A stretch of DNA of 64,000 nt, from the NCBI GenBank assembly GCA_902563095.1, contig CACEWA010000005.1:9911-73910 (forward strand), read 5' to 3'. Source of the DNA: an uncultured Candidatus Poseidoniales archaeon. Its GTDB lineage: Archaea > Thermoplasmatota > Poseidoniia > Poseidoniales > Poseidoniaceae. The notes below the pieces were generated by a model. That model did no database searches. It had not been told where the DNA came from and was given only the letters and a program-made list of their open reading frames with translations. The position numbers and the translations under genes were made by a program. Below, in pieces: positions 35,370 to 44,851 of this stretch (position 1 is its first letter; each line of letters opens with the position of its first letter).

Positions 35370-37424
35370 GTGCGGGTAGCGGCGTTACTGGTATTTTCAT
35401 TGTTGATGTGCGTTGCATCTCCTGTTTTAGCCACTGCAAGCATCATGGATGTCGGCGAAGATTCGCCCTTGAAAGCCCTTGATGGAAGTGGTGTGGTAAT
35501 TGCAGTTGCAGATACAGGCATAGATATGGACCATTCTTGTTTTAGAAATTCTACTTTTGAGGTAGGAGGGCCTGGATTAGAGCATAGGAAAATCGTCCAC
35601 TTGAATGATACAGTGGATGATTGGGACACTCAAGGGCATCAACAATTTCGTCACGGCACCCATATTGCTGGGATTTTAGCTTGTGACCAATTAGATGGTG
35701 ATAGTAGTATGCGCTCTCTTTCTCATGGAGCAAAATTAGTGGTTCAAGATATAGTGAATTCTAGCGGATGGGTGGTACCTGAAGATGTCACTTCCCTATT
35801 GGCAGAATCTAGCCGCTATGGAGCAGTAATCAATTCTTGGTCTTGGGGAGACAATACTATAAATTACACGGAAAGGAGTAGTATGGTAGATAAATGGACT
35901 ATTGAAAATCCGTGGTCTCTGGTTTTTGTCGCCCCGGGAAATACAGGGAATATAATGTTAGAGCCATCAAATGCATACAACGTAGTTTCTGTAGTCGCTA
36001 GTGATTCAAATCAAAACGGAAGTTTGTGGTCTGGAAATTCGCACGGCCCTGATGTCAACGAAAGGCGTGGAACGTTTATTGCAGCGCCTGGTATGAGTAT
36101 AGTTTCAGCAAAGGCTGATGGAACAAAATTAGGAATGAATAACGAATCTTATGCAATGACTGGGACTTCGATGGCGGCACCTATGGCGGCATCGTTTACC
36201 GCACTATTACAAGAATTGATACAAACAGAATACGGTTACACCCCTTCTGCACCATTACTACGAGCAATGTTGGCTTCATCTGGCGAGGCTTTGACTGGAG
36301 GCGATCCTGATTCCATGCAAGGTTATGGTCGGCCATCTTTGGAAAGTTTTGAAAATGGATTTATCGTTCATGATTCGTATGCAGTAAATGATTGGGTAGA
36401 GTTAATTCAATCGCGCGGGGGTGTTCTTGAACAAATGATTGCCAACCCTTGGAATGGAAGTGGTGCTGCTGGCCCATTCCTCTCTGAAAATGAATCATGG
36501 AGTAAATTGTATCAGCCGATACCTGGTGAAGATGTGGAAGTTGTAATGTCTTACAATGCTAGACCTGGTGGGTATGAAATTGATGATTTGAGATTAATTG
36601 TAACAACTTCAGATGGCAGATTTGCAATAGACGACCAAATGAGTAATTCAGGATATAGTCAACTATACTATGGGTCTTTTAGAGAGCCTTTGCAAATGAA
36701 TTCTAGTAATGAAACCACAGTAATGATACGGCTACCTGCATCCCAACTAGAAGGTGTTGAATGGGTAAGTATCGAAGTTGTTGCTAATGACTTGTATGAA
36801 GGATTGAATGTTGGTTATTTGGGTGTCGAGGGGACGAAAATTGGGTTCGGAGTGATTGGAACTGGTCTGCAAAATTTAACTCAAAATACAGCTCCAAAAA
36901 TTACAGTTATCGATAGCCCAATGGGTGGAGAAAATTATTCTGAAAATTTTTCACTCTTATTGAATATTTCAGATGAAGAAAGTGATGGTTATGTGGTCGC
37001 TATTCGTCTAAACAATTCAAACTACTCGGTTGAATTAAGTGATTGTGCTATTATGTTAGAATATTCATCTAATGTTTCATGTGAAGTAGATATTGTTAGA
37101 GATTTGATTCCTAGACCAGTAAATAGAGAAGATTGGAAATTCGAAGTAATAGTTGTTGATGATAATTCTTCAATTTGGACGGGGTCTGAAATGTCTGTAT
37201 ATCTTAGCAATAATTTCTCAATTTTTTGGACTTCTCCTTTGATTGATAATCCTGAAGATTCGCCTTCCGTCGATCAGGATGAGGGAGTCGAGCAAAACCG
37301 CGCATTATTATGGGGAATTATTGGCGTTGTGTTAGGTGTTATTGTGGCCGCAGGTGTTATGTTTAGAGGTTTTGAGAGGCGGGTTTTGGATGGGGTTCCA
37401 CCGCCATTCAGAGAGGAAGAGTGA
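35370..37424 (+). CDS. secreted subtilisin-like serine protease (peptidase S8) with C-terminal membrane anchor
   Basis: Catalytic triad motifs VAVADTGID (Asp), HGTHIAGILA (His) and GTSMAAPMAA (Ser). N-terminal signal peptide. C-terminal hydrophobic helix plus charged tail. Confidence 0.8.
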   Translation: MRVAALLVFSLLMCVASPVLATASIMDVGEDSPLKALDGSGVVIAVADTGIDMDHSCFRNSTFEVGGPGLEHRKIVHLNDTVDDWDTQGHQQFRHGTHIAGILACDQLDGDSSMRSLSHGAKLVVQDIVNSSGWVVPEDVTSLLAESSRYGAVINSWSWGDNTINYTERSSMVDKWTIENPWSLVFVAPGNTGNIMLEPSNAYNVVSVVASDSNQNGSLWSGNSHGPDVNERRGTFIAAPGMSIVSAKADGTKLGMNNESYAMTGTSMAAPMAASFTALLQELIQTEYGYTPSAPLLRAMLASSGEALTGGDPDSMQGYGRPSLESFENGFIVHDSYAVNDWVELIQSRGGVLEQMIANPWNGSGAAGPFLSENESWSKLYQPIPGEDVEVVMSYNARPGGYEIDDLRLIVTTSDGRFAIDDQMSNSGYSQLYYGSFREPLQMNSSNETTVMIRLPASQLEGVEWVSIEVVANDLYEGLNVGYLGVEGTKIGFGVIGTGLQNLTQNTAPKITVIDSPMGGENYSENFSLLLNISDEESDGYVVAIRLNNSNYSVELSDCAIMLEYSSNVSCEVDIVRDLIPRPVNREDWKFEVIVVDDNSSIWTGSEMSVYLSNNFSIFWTSPLIDNPEDSPSVDQDEGVEQNRALLWGIIGVVLGVIVAAGVMFRGFERRVLDGVPPPFREEE

Positions 37425-37499
37425 TTCATCAAAGCGCGAGTGAACATTAAGACTAGTAACACCGTGGGCGTGATGTCCGAAGGACAAAGGTGAGACAAA

Positions 37500-38504
37500 A
37501 TGGGAGAAAGACTCTATGTTGGAATTGATTTGGGAACATACCAATCAACTATTGCAAGTAGTGCAGGATCATTAGAAACTATTGAGACGGTTGTAGGACG
37601 TCCAAAAGACCCGGTTGCTAGAAATTTCCTAGGCCGAGATGTTCTATTCGGTAATGATGCTCTGAAGAATAAATTGGCTTGTAACCTATACCGCCCAATG
37701 GCTGCTGGTGTTGCGCAAGATGATGAAGCAAACCTCGCTGCTGCTAAGGCGTTTGTAACTCACCTTATCGAGACTGTTGGACCTGAAGATTACGACGAGG
37801 TTTTCGGAGTAATTTGTTCTCCATCACACGTTTCATTCACAGACAAGAGCAATTTAGTTGCTACACTTCGTGGTCAAGTCAATGCGATTATGGTGGTAAC
37901 CGAGCCTTTCGCTACAGCATACGGAATTGGAGAGATTTCTGGTTCAATCTGTGTTGACATTGGAGCAGGTACAACCGATATTGCTCGCCTTTACGGAATC
38001 TTCCCAACTGAAGAAGACCAATTAACAATCCAGGAAGCTGGAGATTGGATCGATTTGCAACTTATGGAATTAGTTCAGAAGAAGTACACAGGTGCTCAAG
38101 TAACAAAGGATATGGTTCGCAAGTGGAAGGAAGAGTTTTCCTATGTTAATGGTGATGACCGAGAACAGATGGTCGAATTATCTGTTGAAGGTAAGAAGCA
38201 AGTTGTCGATGTTGGCGACTTGATCAAGTCTGCTTGTTCAATGGTTGTTGGAAAGGTTGGGTCTGCAATCAAAGCAATTGTAGCAACGGCTGACCCTGAA
38301 TATCAACCAATTTTGCGGAATAACATCATCCTATCTGGTGGCGGCTCTCTAATCGATGGAATTGCTGACGCTATTGCAAATGATATCGCAGATATTGGAG
38401 ATGTGACCGTAACTTGTGTTGACGACCCTATCGAAAAGGTTGCAACTGGTGCTATGGCACTGGCCCAAGACATGCCTGATGAGCAATATACCGCCATCAA
38501 CTAA
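37500..38504 (+). CDS. actin-fold ATPase (MreB/ParM/archaeal actin-like family)
   Basis: Phosphate-1 GIDLGT (residues 8-13), phosphate-2 DIGAGTTD, and adenosine motif ILSGGGS, in the canonical order and spacing. The 334-aa size is that of MreB/ParM/Ta0583-type proteins. Confidence 0.7.
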   Translation: MGERLYVGIDLGTYQSTIASSAGSLETIETVVGRPKDPVARNFLGRDVLFGNDALKNKLACNLYRPMAAGVAQDDEANLAAAKAFVTHLIETVGPEDYDEVFGVICSPSHVSFTDKSNLVATLRGQVNAIMVVTEPFATAYGIGEISGSICVDIGAGTTDIARLYGIFPTEEDQLTIQEAGDWIDLQLMELVQKKYTGAQVTKDMVRKWKEEFSYVNGDDREQMVELSVEGKKQVVDVGDLIKSACSMVVGKVGSAIKAIVATADPEYQPILRNNIILSGGGSLIDGIADAIANDIADIGDVTVTCVDDPIEKVATGAMALAQDMPDEQYTAIN

Positions 38505-38554
38505 GGGTCTCACAATGGGCCCATAGGGCCCTCCAACCAATGAAAGGTTGAATA

Positions 38555-39847
38555 ATGGTAGTTGTGCGATTGGAGTTAATGACGTTAGGCGCAGATACCC
38601 CAGGTGGCATCCGTCGTATGACTGAAACGACTGGTGATGAGCGAGCAGCGCTCGAAGGAATGTTACGCGCATATCCCGTTGACCAACTCGTTGAAGAGGT
38701 CCTTGTCGCATGGCAAGAATTGGCTGATAGAAACGAAGATTTGGTTACTTCAAAACAGAGATTGAGAGTTTTAGAACTCGACCTTGCGGAGCGTAAAGAC
38801 GAGGTTGCTCCAGAAGTGGCTCAATTGAAGGCTGCAGAGAATGACCTTGAAGAATCAGGAGCAAGAATTGTTCACTTGGAAAGATTGCTCGAAGATACAC
38901 GAAAAGAGTTGGCAGAAAATAGTTCCAGTATTTCTGTAGAAGAAAGGGAGGCTCTTGAAAACGAAGCCTCTCAATTAAGAGAATTAACTACTCAACAAGA
39001 CGATGTTATCGCTGAAATGGAAGGCCGTATGGGACAAATGGTCGAAGCTTTGGAGCGGGCGGCTGATGCTGGTCTAACCAGTGTTACTGCAGATGAGGTC
39101 CGCGCTTTGAAAGCCCAATCAGATTCACTGTCTAGCGACTTGGAGGCTGAGAAGGCCGCCAATAATGCACTTGAAGAAGAACGTCAAAGATTGAGAGATA
39201 TTGCTGATAGATTGCGTGGATTGTTAGATGCTCGCGACACCCGTCTTGCGGAATTAGAAGAACAATTAGAACGAGTGATGCAAGGCCCAAGATCGGTTTC
39301 TGCAGAACATGATTATCTGGTTGAGCAAATTGAAGAATTAAAGCGTAGATTGCTTGAAAGAAATCGCGAATATGAATCTCTAAGAAGAAGAGAGAGAAGA
39401 TTGCACAATGATGTATTCGAAAGGGATGAGAGAATCCAGCAAATGTCCCTAACTATTGGTGATTTGGAATCTGCACTAACAGACAGAACCTCAGAGGTTC
39501 GTGAATTAGAATCTCAAAGAGATACTGCGGTAAACCAACTCGATGGAGTAAAGCGCTCTGAAAGAACTCGTGAAGTTGTAGGACGTGTGTTTGCTGATTC
39601 CTTATCTCTTGTACGTAGTCATGATGAAAGGGAATTACGCAAGGAGATTTATTCCAATTCGCCTGATGTAGAGAGAACTATTTCAGCGCCAAATGCTGAT
39701 GATATGCAAACTTTAGCAGATGGTGGAACTGTCGACCTTGATACTGCATTAGAAGTTATTGAGAAAGGAATGGATGTTCCGAAAGAGGCACGTCCAAATT
39801 CCCCTGGTGGAACAGGAGACCCTGTAATCTACGAAGACGAGGATTGA
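38555..39847 (+). CDS. acidic coiled-coil protein (430 aa), hypothetical
   Basis: Almost entirely heptad-like E/L/R/A/Q-rich sequence, with no enzymatic motifs. It starts 50 bp after the actin-fold gene on the same strand. Confidence 0.55.
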   Translation: MVVVRLELMTLGADTPGGIRRMTETTGDERAALEGMLRAYPVDQLVEEVLVAWQELADRNEDLVTSKQRLRVLELDLAERKDEVAPEVAQLKAAENDLEESGARIVHLERLLEDTRKELAENSSSISVEEREALENEASQLRELTTQQDDVIAEMEGRMGQMVEALERAADAGLTSVTADEVRALKAQSDSLSSDLEAEKAANNALEEERQRLRDIADRLRGLLDARDTRLAELEEQLERVMQGPRSVSAEHDYLVEQIEELKRRLLERNREYESLRRRERRLHNDVFERDERIQQMSLTIGDLESALTDRTSEVRELESQRDTAVNQLDGVKRSERTREVVGRVFADSLSLVRSHDERELRKEIYSNSPDVERTISAPNADDMQTLADGGTVDLDTALEVIEKGMDVPKEARPNSPGGTGDPVIYEDED

Positions 39848-40647
39848 ATTCCTTCAACTATTTCGTTAATTCTTTGCCGAATTTCATCCATATTCGCAGC
39901 GTCTTCTGTGAGAGTTCCAGTAACAATCCAGTTTGCTCCTGCATTTGCAGCTTTAGCTGCTTGCTCCCCTGTCCTAATTCCGCCACCTACGATTAAACAC
40001 AAATCTTCGACTTGATTTGCGGCTTCAATGCATTTTGGTTCTACTTGTTTTGATGCTCCACTACCTGCTTCGAGATAGAGGATTTTAAATCCGAACATTT
40101 TCGCTGTAATCGCATATGAATGAACTAATTCGTGTTGGTTTGCTTCGATCAATTCGGCTTGACCAACTTCTCCAACTTTACCCCCTGGAGAAAATACAAG
40201 ATATCCTGTTGGTAGTGCTTCGACACCAAATTTCTGAAGATATGGCGCTCCACGTAGTTGTTCACCAACTAAAAATTTCCTAATTTGTGAATTCATCAGC
40301 ATCATGAATGTTATTCCGTCTGCAGCTGGTGAAAGTGCATGAGCGCCTCCAGGGAATAGAACTACTGGTATTTTCCACATCTCTTCATCTGAATTTGGGT
40401 CTTGACTTGCAGCAAAAATTTGCAGTTCAAGGGCTTCTTGGATTGATTTACATGTTTGATGGACTACTTCGTCTGGCGTATCTGTTGATCCCCCAACGAA
40501 TATCATCTTGGAGCCTGCTTCAATTGCTGCAATTGCCCTTCTAGTAGCAATTTCTGCACTCTGTTTTCCTGGATCGATAAGTGTGATGTGCCTACAACCG
40601 CGACTTTGGTCAAGAACGTAATTTAACAAGCCTTCATCCGGTATCAT
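39829..40647 (-). CDS. geranylgeranylglyceryl phosphate synthase (PcrB/GGGPS family)
   Basis: TLIDPGKQ, FVGGSTD, YLEAGSGA, and LIVGGGIRTGEQA are the GGGPS/PcrB signature motifs of the TIM barrel. Confidence 0.8.
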   Translation of the reverse strand: MIPDEGLLNYVLDQSRGCRHITLIDPGKQSAEIATRRAIAAIEAGSKMIFVGGSTDTPDEVVHQTCKSIQEALELQIFAASQDPNSDEEMWKIPVVLFPGGAHALSPAADGITFMMLMNSQIRKFLVGEQLRGAPYLQKFGVEALPTGYLVFSPGGKVGEVGQAELIEANQHELVHSYAITAKMFGFKILYLEAGSGASKQVEPKCIEAANQVEDLCLIVGGGIRTGEQAAKAANAGANWIVTGTLTEDAANMDEIRQRINEIVEGIQSSSS

Positions 40648-40648
40648 G

Positions 40649-41290
40649 TCAACTCAACTCCTGAAGGGAATGAATGATGTTTTTGGCGATTTCTTCTCCT
40701 TCCACTATTGCTTCATCAGCCCAAATATAATTCGAAGAAAGTGGATGTTCCCCTTGCATTATCTCTAACCAACCCTGTACAGGCCTAGGTAAATCTCCTC
40801 TAATCCAACATTCAACTAAATTATCCGCTCTTTGAAAACAAAATCTGTCATCCTTCATATCATTCAGAATAAATTCTGATGGGATATTTTTCTCTATTGT
40901 AATTCCACCAGTCCAGTTTTCTAAAACATATTGAGTTCCGGATTGCGGCCAACCCGGAGCAACTGATTTTCCTCCTGTACAATTGATTGAACCGTCAGGA
41001 GCTGTTGATTTTAATTTGATAATTCCTCCTGAATCTGCGACTTTTTTTGCTAGTTCTTTTTCATACCATTCTCTTCTAAACGCCCAACCAAACTCTATTT
41101 TTTTAGCCGAAGTCTTTTCGATAAAATCTTCTGGTAGATTTTTGATTATCCCAGGTGACCTAACTGGATTTCCAATTTCTTGTCTTGCTTCATATAGAGT
41201 AACTTGATAATTATTTTTTAGAAGATAAAGAGCACAAGATAGTCCACGAACACCGGCTCCTGCAACGTTAATCATCAACTGCACCTTCAA
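40649..41290 (-). CDS. short FAD-binding protein resembling the N-terminal part of geranylgeranyl reductase / FixC-type flavoproteins
   Basis: Rossmann motif INVAGAGVRGLSCALYL. EARQEIGNPVRSPGII aligns to the GGR E.RQEIG.PVRCGEGL segment, but with Ser in place of the conserved Cys. It is only 213 aa. Confidence 0.45.
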   Translation of the reverse strand: MKVQLMINVAGAGVRGLSCALYLLKNNYQVTLYEARQEIGNPVRSPGIIKNLPEDFIEKTSAKKIEFGWAFRREWYEKELAKKVADSGGIIKLKSTAPDGSINCTGGKSVAPGWPQSGTQYVLENWTGGITIEKNIPSEFILNDMKDDRFCFQRADNLVECWIRGDLPRPVQGWLEIMQGEHPLSSNYIWADEAIVEGEEIAKNIIHSLQELS

Positions 41291-41474
41291 TACTTAGAGC
41301 GAAAACTGGACAAGAGGGAATACAGTGTTCACATAATGTGCATTTTTCTTGTTCTACTATTGCTAATCTATTTTGTAGATCTAAAGCGTTTGTAGGACAT
41401 AGAGCTATACATGCACCACAGCCATAACATAAGTCTTCATCAACAACGAAGGTTGCTGTTGATGTCTCGGCCAT
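41268..41474 (-). CDS. 2x[4Fe-4S] ferredoxin
   Basis: Two CxxCxxCxxxCP clusters (CYGCGACIALCP, CTLCEHCIPSCP). Size is 68 aa. Confidence 0.75.
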   Translation of the reverse strand: MAETSTATFVVDEDLCYGCGACIALCPTNALDLQNRLAIVEQEKCTLCEHCIPSCPVFALSIEGAVDD

Positions 41475-41788
41475 ATTACTTCCAGTGGATATGCATTCAT
41501 TGTTTCATCGGCGATATGACCGTTGGAAAATAATGATTTGTTAGTGAATGTATTAATTCGAATAAAAATATTTTTTCAAAGGAAATTGAATTTTAGAATT
41601 TTACTTGGTAAAAGGAAGATGTATGATTACCCCTACGTTTCCATTGGAGTAGTAAAATTAGATATGTGACTAAGTAAGGAATGATGGAATTTCAACGTGA
41701 ACGAAGTAAGACCCATTGATGTTTAACGCGTCTAGTCCATAAGTATAACGAGATTTGATTTGATCATAACACCCTCAAAATATCTCCA

Positions 41789-43156
41789 ATGGAAACACAG
41801 GGGTCCGACATATTCATTCATGATAATCAATACCGACTAATCATGGTGTTTTATTCTCCAGGTAGAACAACATCATATCCTGAAATTCCACCATCTAATG
41901 GAATTCGATATCATTACCTCGGAGGAGGGGATGAAGTTGGTAATGTTGGATGCGTATTCGAAGATAAAAACGGTACAAGAATGCTACTTGATTATGGGTT
42001 AGCACCAACAGATCCTCCAAAATATCCAAGAGAAGCTCCAGACATCAAAGATGCAGTAATTACTCATTCTCATATTGACCATTTAGGTATGGCCCCTTGG
42101 TTGTGTTCTAATCATAGAACTAGATTACATGGGACTCCATTAACTTCAAAGATCAGCCATATGATGTGGAATGATTGTTACAAAGTTAGTCGACTAGAAG
42201 GATATCCTTTAGCATGGGATAAAAGAGACATAGATATTGCAACATCATCTTGGCACACTCATCAATTCGGTGAAAAATGGGAAAAGGATTCCTGGAAACT
42301 CAAACTAACAAAAGCGGGACATATACCAGGAGCAGCAATGTTGAACGTTGAAACCGATACCCACAAATTACTCTTCACTGGAGATTTTGACACTAGAGAT
42401 TCTCCATTAGTTTCTGGAGCTAAACCAGAAAAATGTGACGTATTGTTTGTTGAAGGGACCTATGGTGGTAGGGATCATCCGAGTAAAGAAGAAACAATTC
42501 AAGCATTTATTGACAGAATCTTAGAAGTTACTCAAAGAGGAGGAACAGCACTTATTCCAGCATTTGCAAATGGTAGAACTCAAGATATTGTAATGACTCT
42601 TCACAAACACTTACCAGAATTGGATGTCCATGTTGATGGTATGGGTAAAAGCGTAGCAAGGCTGCAGATGGAACACCCGGAATCACTTCGAGACCCACAA
42701 GCATTGGAAGATGCGTGGAAATGGTGTAGAAGAGTTTCTTCTAAATCTGACAAAAAGAAAGCATTAGATGCAGATTGTATAGTTTCAACATCTGGAATGA
42801 TGGATGGAGGACCATCGATTTGGTATCTAAATAGGTTGAGAATGGATCCAAGAAACGCAATCCTCCTCACGGGTTATCAAGCATCAGGCTCAGGCGGCAG
42901 GATGCTCTTGGATGAAGGGCACGTCCCTATTTGGGACAAGAGGACTCCAATCGATCTTGAAGTAAGCCAATTTTCATTCTCAACACACGCTGGCCATTCA
43001 GATATTGTCGAATTTGCAGAAAAATGTCAAGCAGAAACTGTAGTTATTTACCACACAGACCCAAATTACGCAAGACCTCCATTAGTAGAAGAATTAGAAT
43101 CTAAAGGCCATATAGTTCACACTCCAATAAACGGTGAATCAAAAATATTGGAATGA
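41789..43156 (+). CDS. metallo-beta-lactamase fold hydrolase, beta-CASP family (RNA-processing nuclease, aCPSF/RNase J-like)
   Basis: The HxHxDH motif THSHIDHLG. Downstream Asp and His motifs (FTGDFD, EGTYG, STHAGHSD) are consistent with the beta-CASP architecture. Size is 455 aa. Confidence 0.6.
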   Translation: METQGSDIFIHDNQYRLIMVFYSPGRTTSYPEIPPSNGIRYHYLGGGDEVGNVGCVFEDKNGTRMLLDYGLAPTDPPKYPREAPDIKDAVITHSHIDHLGMAPWLCSNHRTRLHGTPLTSKISHMMWNDCYKVSRLEGYPLAWDKRDIDIATSSWHTHQFGEKWEKDSWKLKLTKAGHIPGAAMLNVETDTHKLLFTGDFDTRDSPLVSGAKPEKCDVLFVEGTYGGRDHPSKEETIQAFIDRILEVTQRGGTALIPAFANGRTQDIVMTLHKHLPELDVHVDGMGKSVARLQMEHPESLRDPQALEDAWKWCRRVSSKSDKKKALDADCIVSTSGMMDGGPSIWYLNRLRMDPRNAILLTGYQASGSGGRMLLDEGHVPIWDKRTPIDLEVSQFSFSTHAGHSDIVEFAEKCQAETVVIYHTDPNYARPPLVEELESKGHIVHTPINGESKILE

Positions 43157-43201
43157 TAATTTAGCCGAAGCGATTGAATATGGTGACATTCACCGTCACC
43201 C

Positions 43202-43489
43202 ATGGCAACCAAGAAAACACCCCCTCCTGGTAAGCGCCGAAAGAAGAAGCGTAAGATTCGTCTATCTCTAAAGAGTTCAAAGATGAAGAAAACAGATTCT
43301 TATAGCGACCAAGTTGGGTGGTCTACAGACGTTGGAAGGACCTTAGGAGAAGCTCCAAAATCAAAAGAACCTGATACAATAAAACATCAATGTTCACTCT
43401 GTGGAGCAATTATGAAAGTTCCAAAACCGAAAAAGGCCCGCTATACAATTTCATGTCCACACTGCGGACACGAAGACGCATTCAATTAA
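43202..43489 (+). CDS. basic zinc-ribbon protein (hypothetical)
   Basis: The N-terminal 30 aa are K/R-rich (GKRRKKKRKIRLS). The C-terminus carries C-x2-C...C-x2-C (CSLCG...CPHCG). Confidence 0.45.
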   Translation: MATKKTPPPGKRRKKKRKIRLSLKSSKMKKTDSYSDQVGWSTDVGRTLGEAPKSKEPDTIKHQCSLCGAIMKVPKPKKARYTISCPHCGHEDAFN

Positions 43490-44269
43490 TCAGAACCAAA
43501 TTCCGGCAAGTTCTAGGATTTGCCTGATTGCAGCAATCAACATTACAGATACTAGAGTCATTCTAACAGTGTTCTGAGAGAATTTTTCAGAACCAAACCT
43601 GGAACCCAGATAACCACCGATTAAAACTGCGATTGCAAACGGTGCCAAAACAACAAAATCAATCACTAATTGTCCAGAAATAGAACTTCCAATCAAACCA
43701 GCAGCCGAGTTTACCCAGATGAATAAAGCTGCAACACCTGCGGTTGTTTTTGGATCACCCCATCCAAATATGAGAATAAGTGGCGATAAGAAAATTCCAC
43801 CCCCCACCCCAATTATTCCACTTAACAATCCGATAGCAGCACCCACAATCAGAGCGATGTGAACTTTAGGAGGGCTCGAAAACAACTCTTCAGATTCTCC
43901 AGATTTTGTAGTATACAATTTCCAAGCAGCAAACACCAGAGTTATCGATAACAAAGTGTCATAAACATCATCATTTACTCGTAAATATCCGCCAATTAAT
44001 GCTGCAGGGATACTTGCAACTATGAAAGGAATTGCCAATTTTGAATCAAAAAAATCATTTTTCCAATATGCGAAAAAAGCCATACCTGCAACTAACAAAT
44101 TCAAACTCCAAGCATGTTGTTTCAACCATGCAGGATCGTTAGAAGCATATACAGTTAGAGATAATACTGCCAGATATCCAGAAGCCCCGCCGTGGCCTAC
44201 GCTAGCATACATTGCTGCAACCAATGAAAGCGCAACCAAGAGAATTAACTCTCCTAACACCACTTCCAT
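43490..44269 (-). CDS. TauE/SafE (TSUP) family membrane transporter
   Basis: Two repeated halves with glycine-rich motifs VGHGGASGYLAV and GVGGGIFLSPL. About 8 TM helices. Confidence 0.7.
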   Translation of the reverse strand: MEVVLGELILLVALSLVAAMYASVGHGGASGYLAVLSLTVYASNDPAWLKQHAWSLNLLVAGMAFFAYWKNDFFDSKLAIPFIVASIPAALIGGYLRVNDDVYDTLLSITLVFAAWKLYTTKSGESEELFSSPPKVHIALIVGAAIGLLSGIIGVGGGIFLSPLILIFGWGDPKTTAGVAALFIWVNSAAGLIGSSISGQLVIDFVVLAPFAIAVLIGGYLGSRFGSEKFSQNTVRMTLVSVMLIAAIRQILELAGIWF

Positions 44270-44326
44270 ATACTAATCGAGGTGAAACTAGACGAATATT
44301 GTGTTGCTGTTTTTAAGATTATTTTC

Positions 44327-44728
44327 TCACCAAAAAGCAGCGGCCAGTAATACGAGTATTACCCATGCAACAATACTACAACAACACAATGCCGCTAATT
44401 CTTTCTTTAGATTAAACGATTTATTTTCTTCTTTCTGATGTTCTTCAAATTCTTTTTCAGTAACTGAAAACCCTTCACTAATATTTTCATTTTTTGATTT
44501 ATTTTGATTTTTTGATTTGTATGTTTTTATTGTATATTTGATAAGTCTTATAGCCACTTTTATAATCCAATATGAAATATATACAATTGTAAAGAAAAAT
44601 GAGTAAAGAAGTAACCAATCTAAAAATGTAAACTCTTGAGGGCAAAAACCAAAACAACCCATATTTGAAAAATCAAGATTGGGCCCACCTACATCACCAT
44701 ATGCCATACTAACAAACCCCCTTCTCAA
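44327..44728 (-). CDS. doubtful ORF; possible small membrane protein in an AT-rich island
   Basis: The ORF exists, but the region is low complexity and AT-rich. It has two hydrophobic stretches. It may be non-coding. Confidence 0.2.
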   Translation of the reverse strand: MRRGFVSMAYGDVGGPNLDFSNMGCFGFCPQEFTFLDWLLLYSFFFTIVYISYWIIKVAIRLIKYTIKTYKSKNQNKSKNENISEGFSVTEKEFEEHQKEENKSFNLKKELAALCCCSIVAWVILVLLAAAFW

Positions 44729-44851
44729 ATTGTTCTACTTATTTTCACTAATAAAAAAAATCCCGGATTCAAAGTAATTGACACTCAATTCAACTTCCAA
44801 AGATGCTTTACGCAGAACTAAACACGACAACACAACATAAGGTGTTCACTG

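Noticed and set aside
40308-40544. 78-aa Leu/Gln-rich plus-strand ORF inside the GGGPS gene
   Set aside because: It is antisense to the well-supported PcrB/GGGPS frame.
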